Shown: positions 15,655-15,952 of the stretch, one piece after another
How the letters are laid out: each line of letters starts with the position of its first letter
How positions within the stretch are numbered: position 1 is the stretch's first letter
NCBI GenBank assembly: GCA_036149055.1
Contig: JAYZQJ010000111.1
Span: forward strand, 1-15,952
From: Myxococcota bacterium
Lineage (GTDB): Bacteria > Myxococcota_A > Polyangia > Polyangiales > Sandaracinaceae
Reading direction: 5' to 3'
Length of the DNA stretch: 15,952 bases
Notes under the pieces: generated by a model
What the model was told of the DNA's origin: nothing
Databases searched by the model: none
The model's input: the letters and a program-made list of their open reading frames with translations, nothing else
Program-made: the position numbers and the translations under genes

Positions 15655-15952
15655 ATGCCGGCTCCGAACTACGCACACTACGTCTCCCCCACCCGCTTCA
15701 GCGCCGCCGACGGCGTCGTGCTGGGCATGCAGCTCATCACCGCCGGGAGCCCCATCGAGGCCCCGCGCCCGCGTCAGGCGCTCCGGCGCATGCGCGACGA
15801 GGTCGTCACCCTGCAGGAGATCACCCGGGGCCGGCTCCGGCCGACCGGCTCCGGGCTCCGGGCCCTCGGGACGCGGCTCGGCGGGGCGTACGTCGGGGGT
15901 CGCATGATCCTCGACGGCCTCGCGCGCGTCACCACCGGTGAGAAGCAGGAGC
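15655..15952 (+). CDS. Hypothetical, predicted helical protein, 3'-truncated by the window edge (MPAPNYAHYVSPTRFSAADGVVLGMQLITAG...)
   Basis: GAGGT RBS at 15645, strong G/C third-position bias and an open frame to the window end. It is absent from the track because it has no stop codon. Confidence 0.75.
   Translation, partial: MPAPNYAHYVSPTRFSAADGVVLGMQLITAGSPIEAPRPRQALRRMRDEVVTLQEITRGRLRPTGSGLRALGTRLGGAYVGGRMILDGLARVTTGEKQE

Noticed and set aside
15073..15941. Track ORFs across the low-GC tract (201, 177, 114, 71, 132 and 118 aa)
   Set aside because: No motifs or host-like codon bias; they conflict with the non-triplet repeat or overlap the better frame starting at 15655.
1..15952. tRNA, rRNA, transposase, integrase or NRPS/PKS genes
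   Set aside because: No such signatures were seen anywhere in the window.

Overview
Very GC-rich bacterial chromosomal DNA; gene content and style suggest Myxococcota (Polyangia/Sandaracinaceae-like), which is an inference. Most long ORFs in the track are GC shadow frames or over-extended starts, so I re-called the starts. Left to right: a nested GC hairpin element; an AAA+/DUF4143 ATPase (-); a heme-oxygenase-like diiron oxidase (HDO, -) divergent from a DDAH/amidinotransferase-family enzyme (+); a GTGA-coupled operon of PIG-L deacetylase, NodS-like methyltransferase, GT2 and acyl-CoA-dehydrogenase-like genes; a possible 82-aa small ORF (-); an NdvB-like processive GT2 lacking GH17, a soluble GT2, a GH1 beta-glucosidase and a DUF421 gene; a CPA1 antiporter (-); an outer-membrane beta-barrel / ECF sigma / TPR anti-sigma triplet; a lower-GC degenerate 41/82-bp repeat tract; and a truncated hypothetical gene missing from the track. 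Best signals: four sigma-54-type GG-N10-GC(A) promoters in two divergent pairs, each with the -12 C 14-15 nt before a start codon, suggesting a co-regulated uncharacterised guanidino-modification/glycoconjugate cluster; and the 41-bp-phased repeat array.
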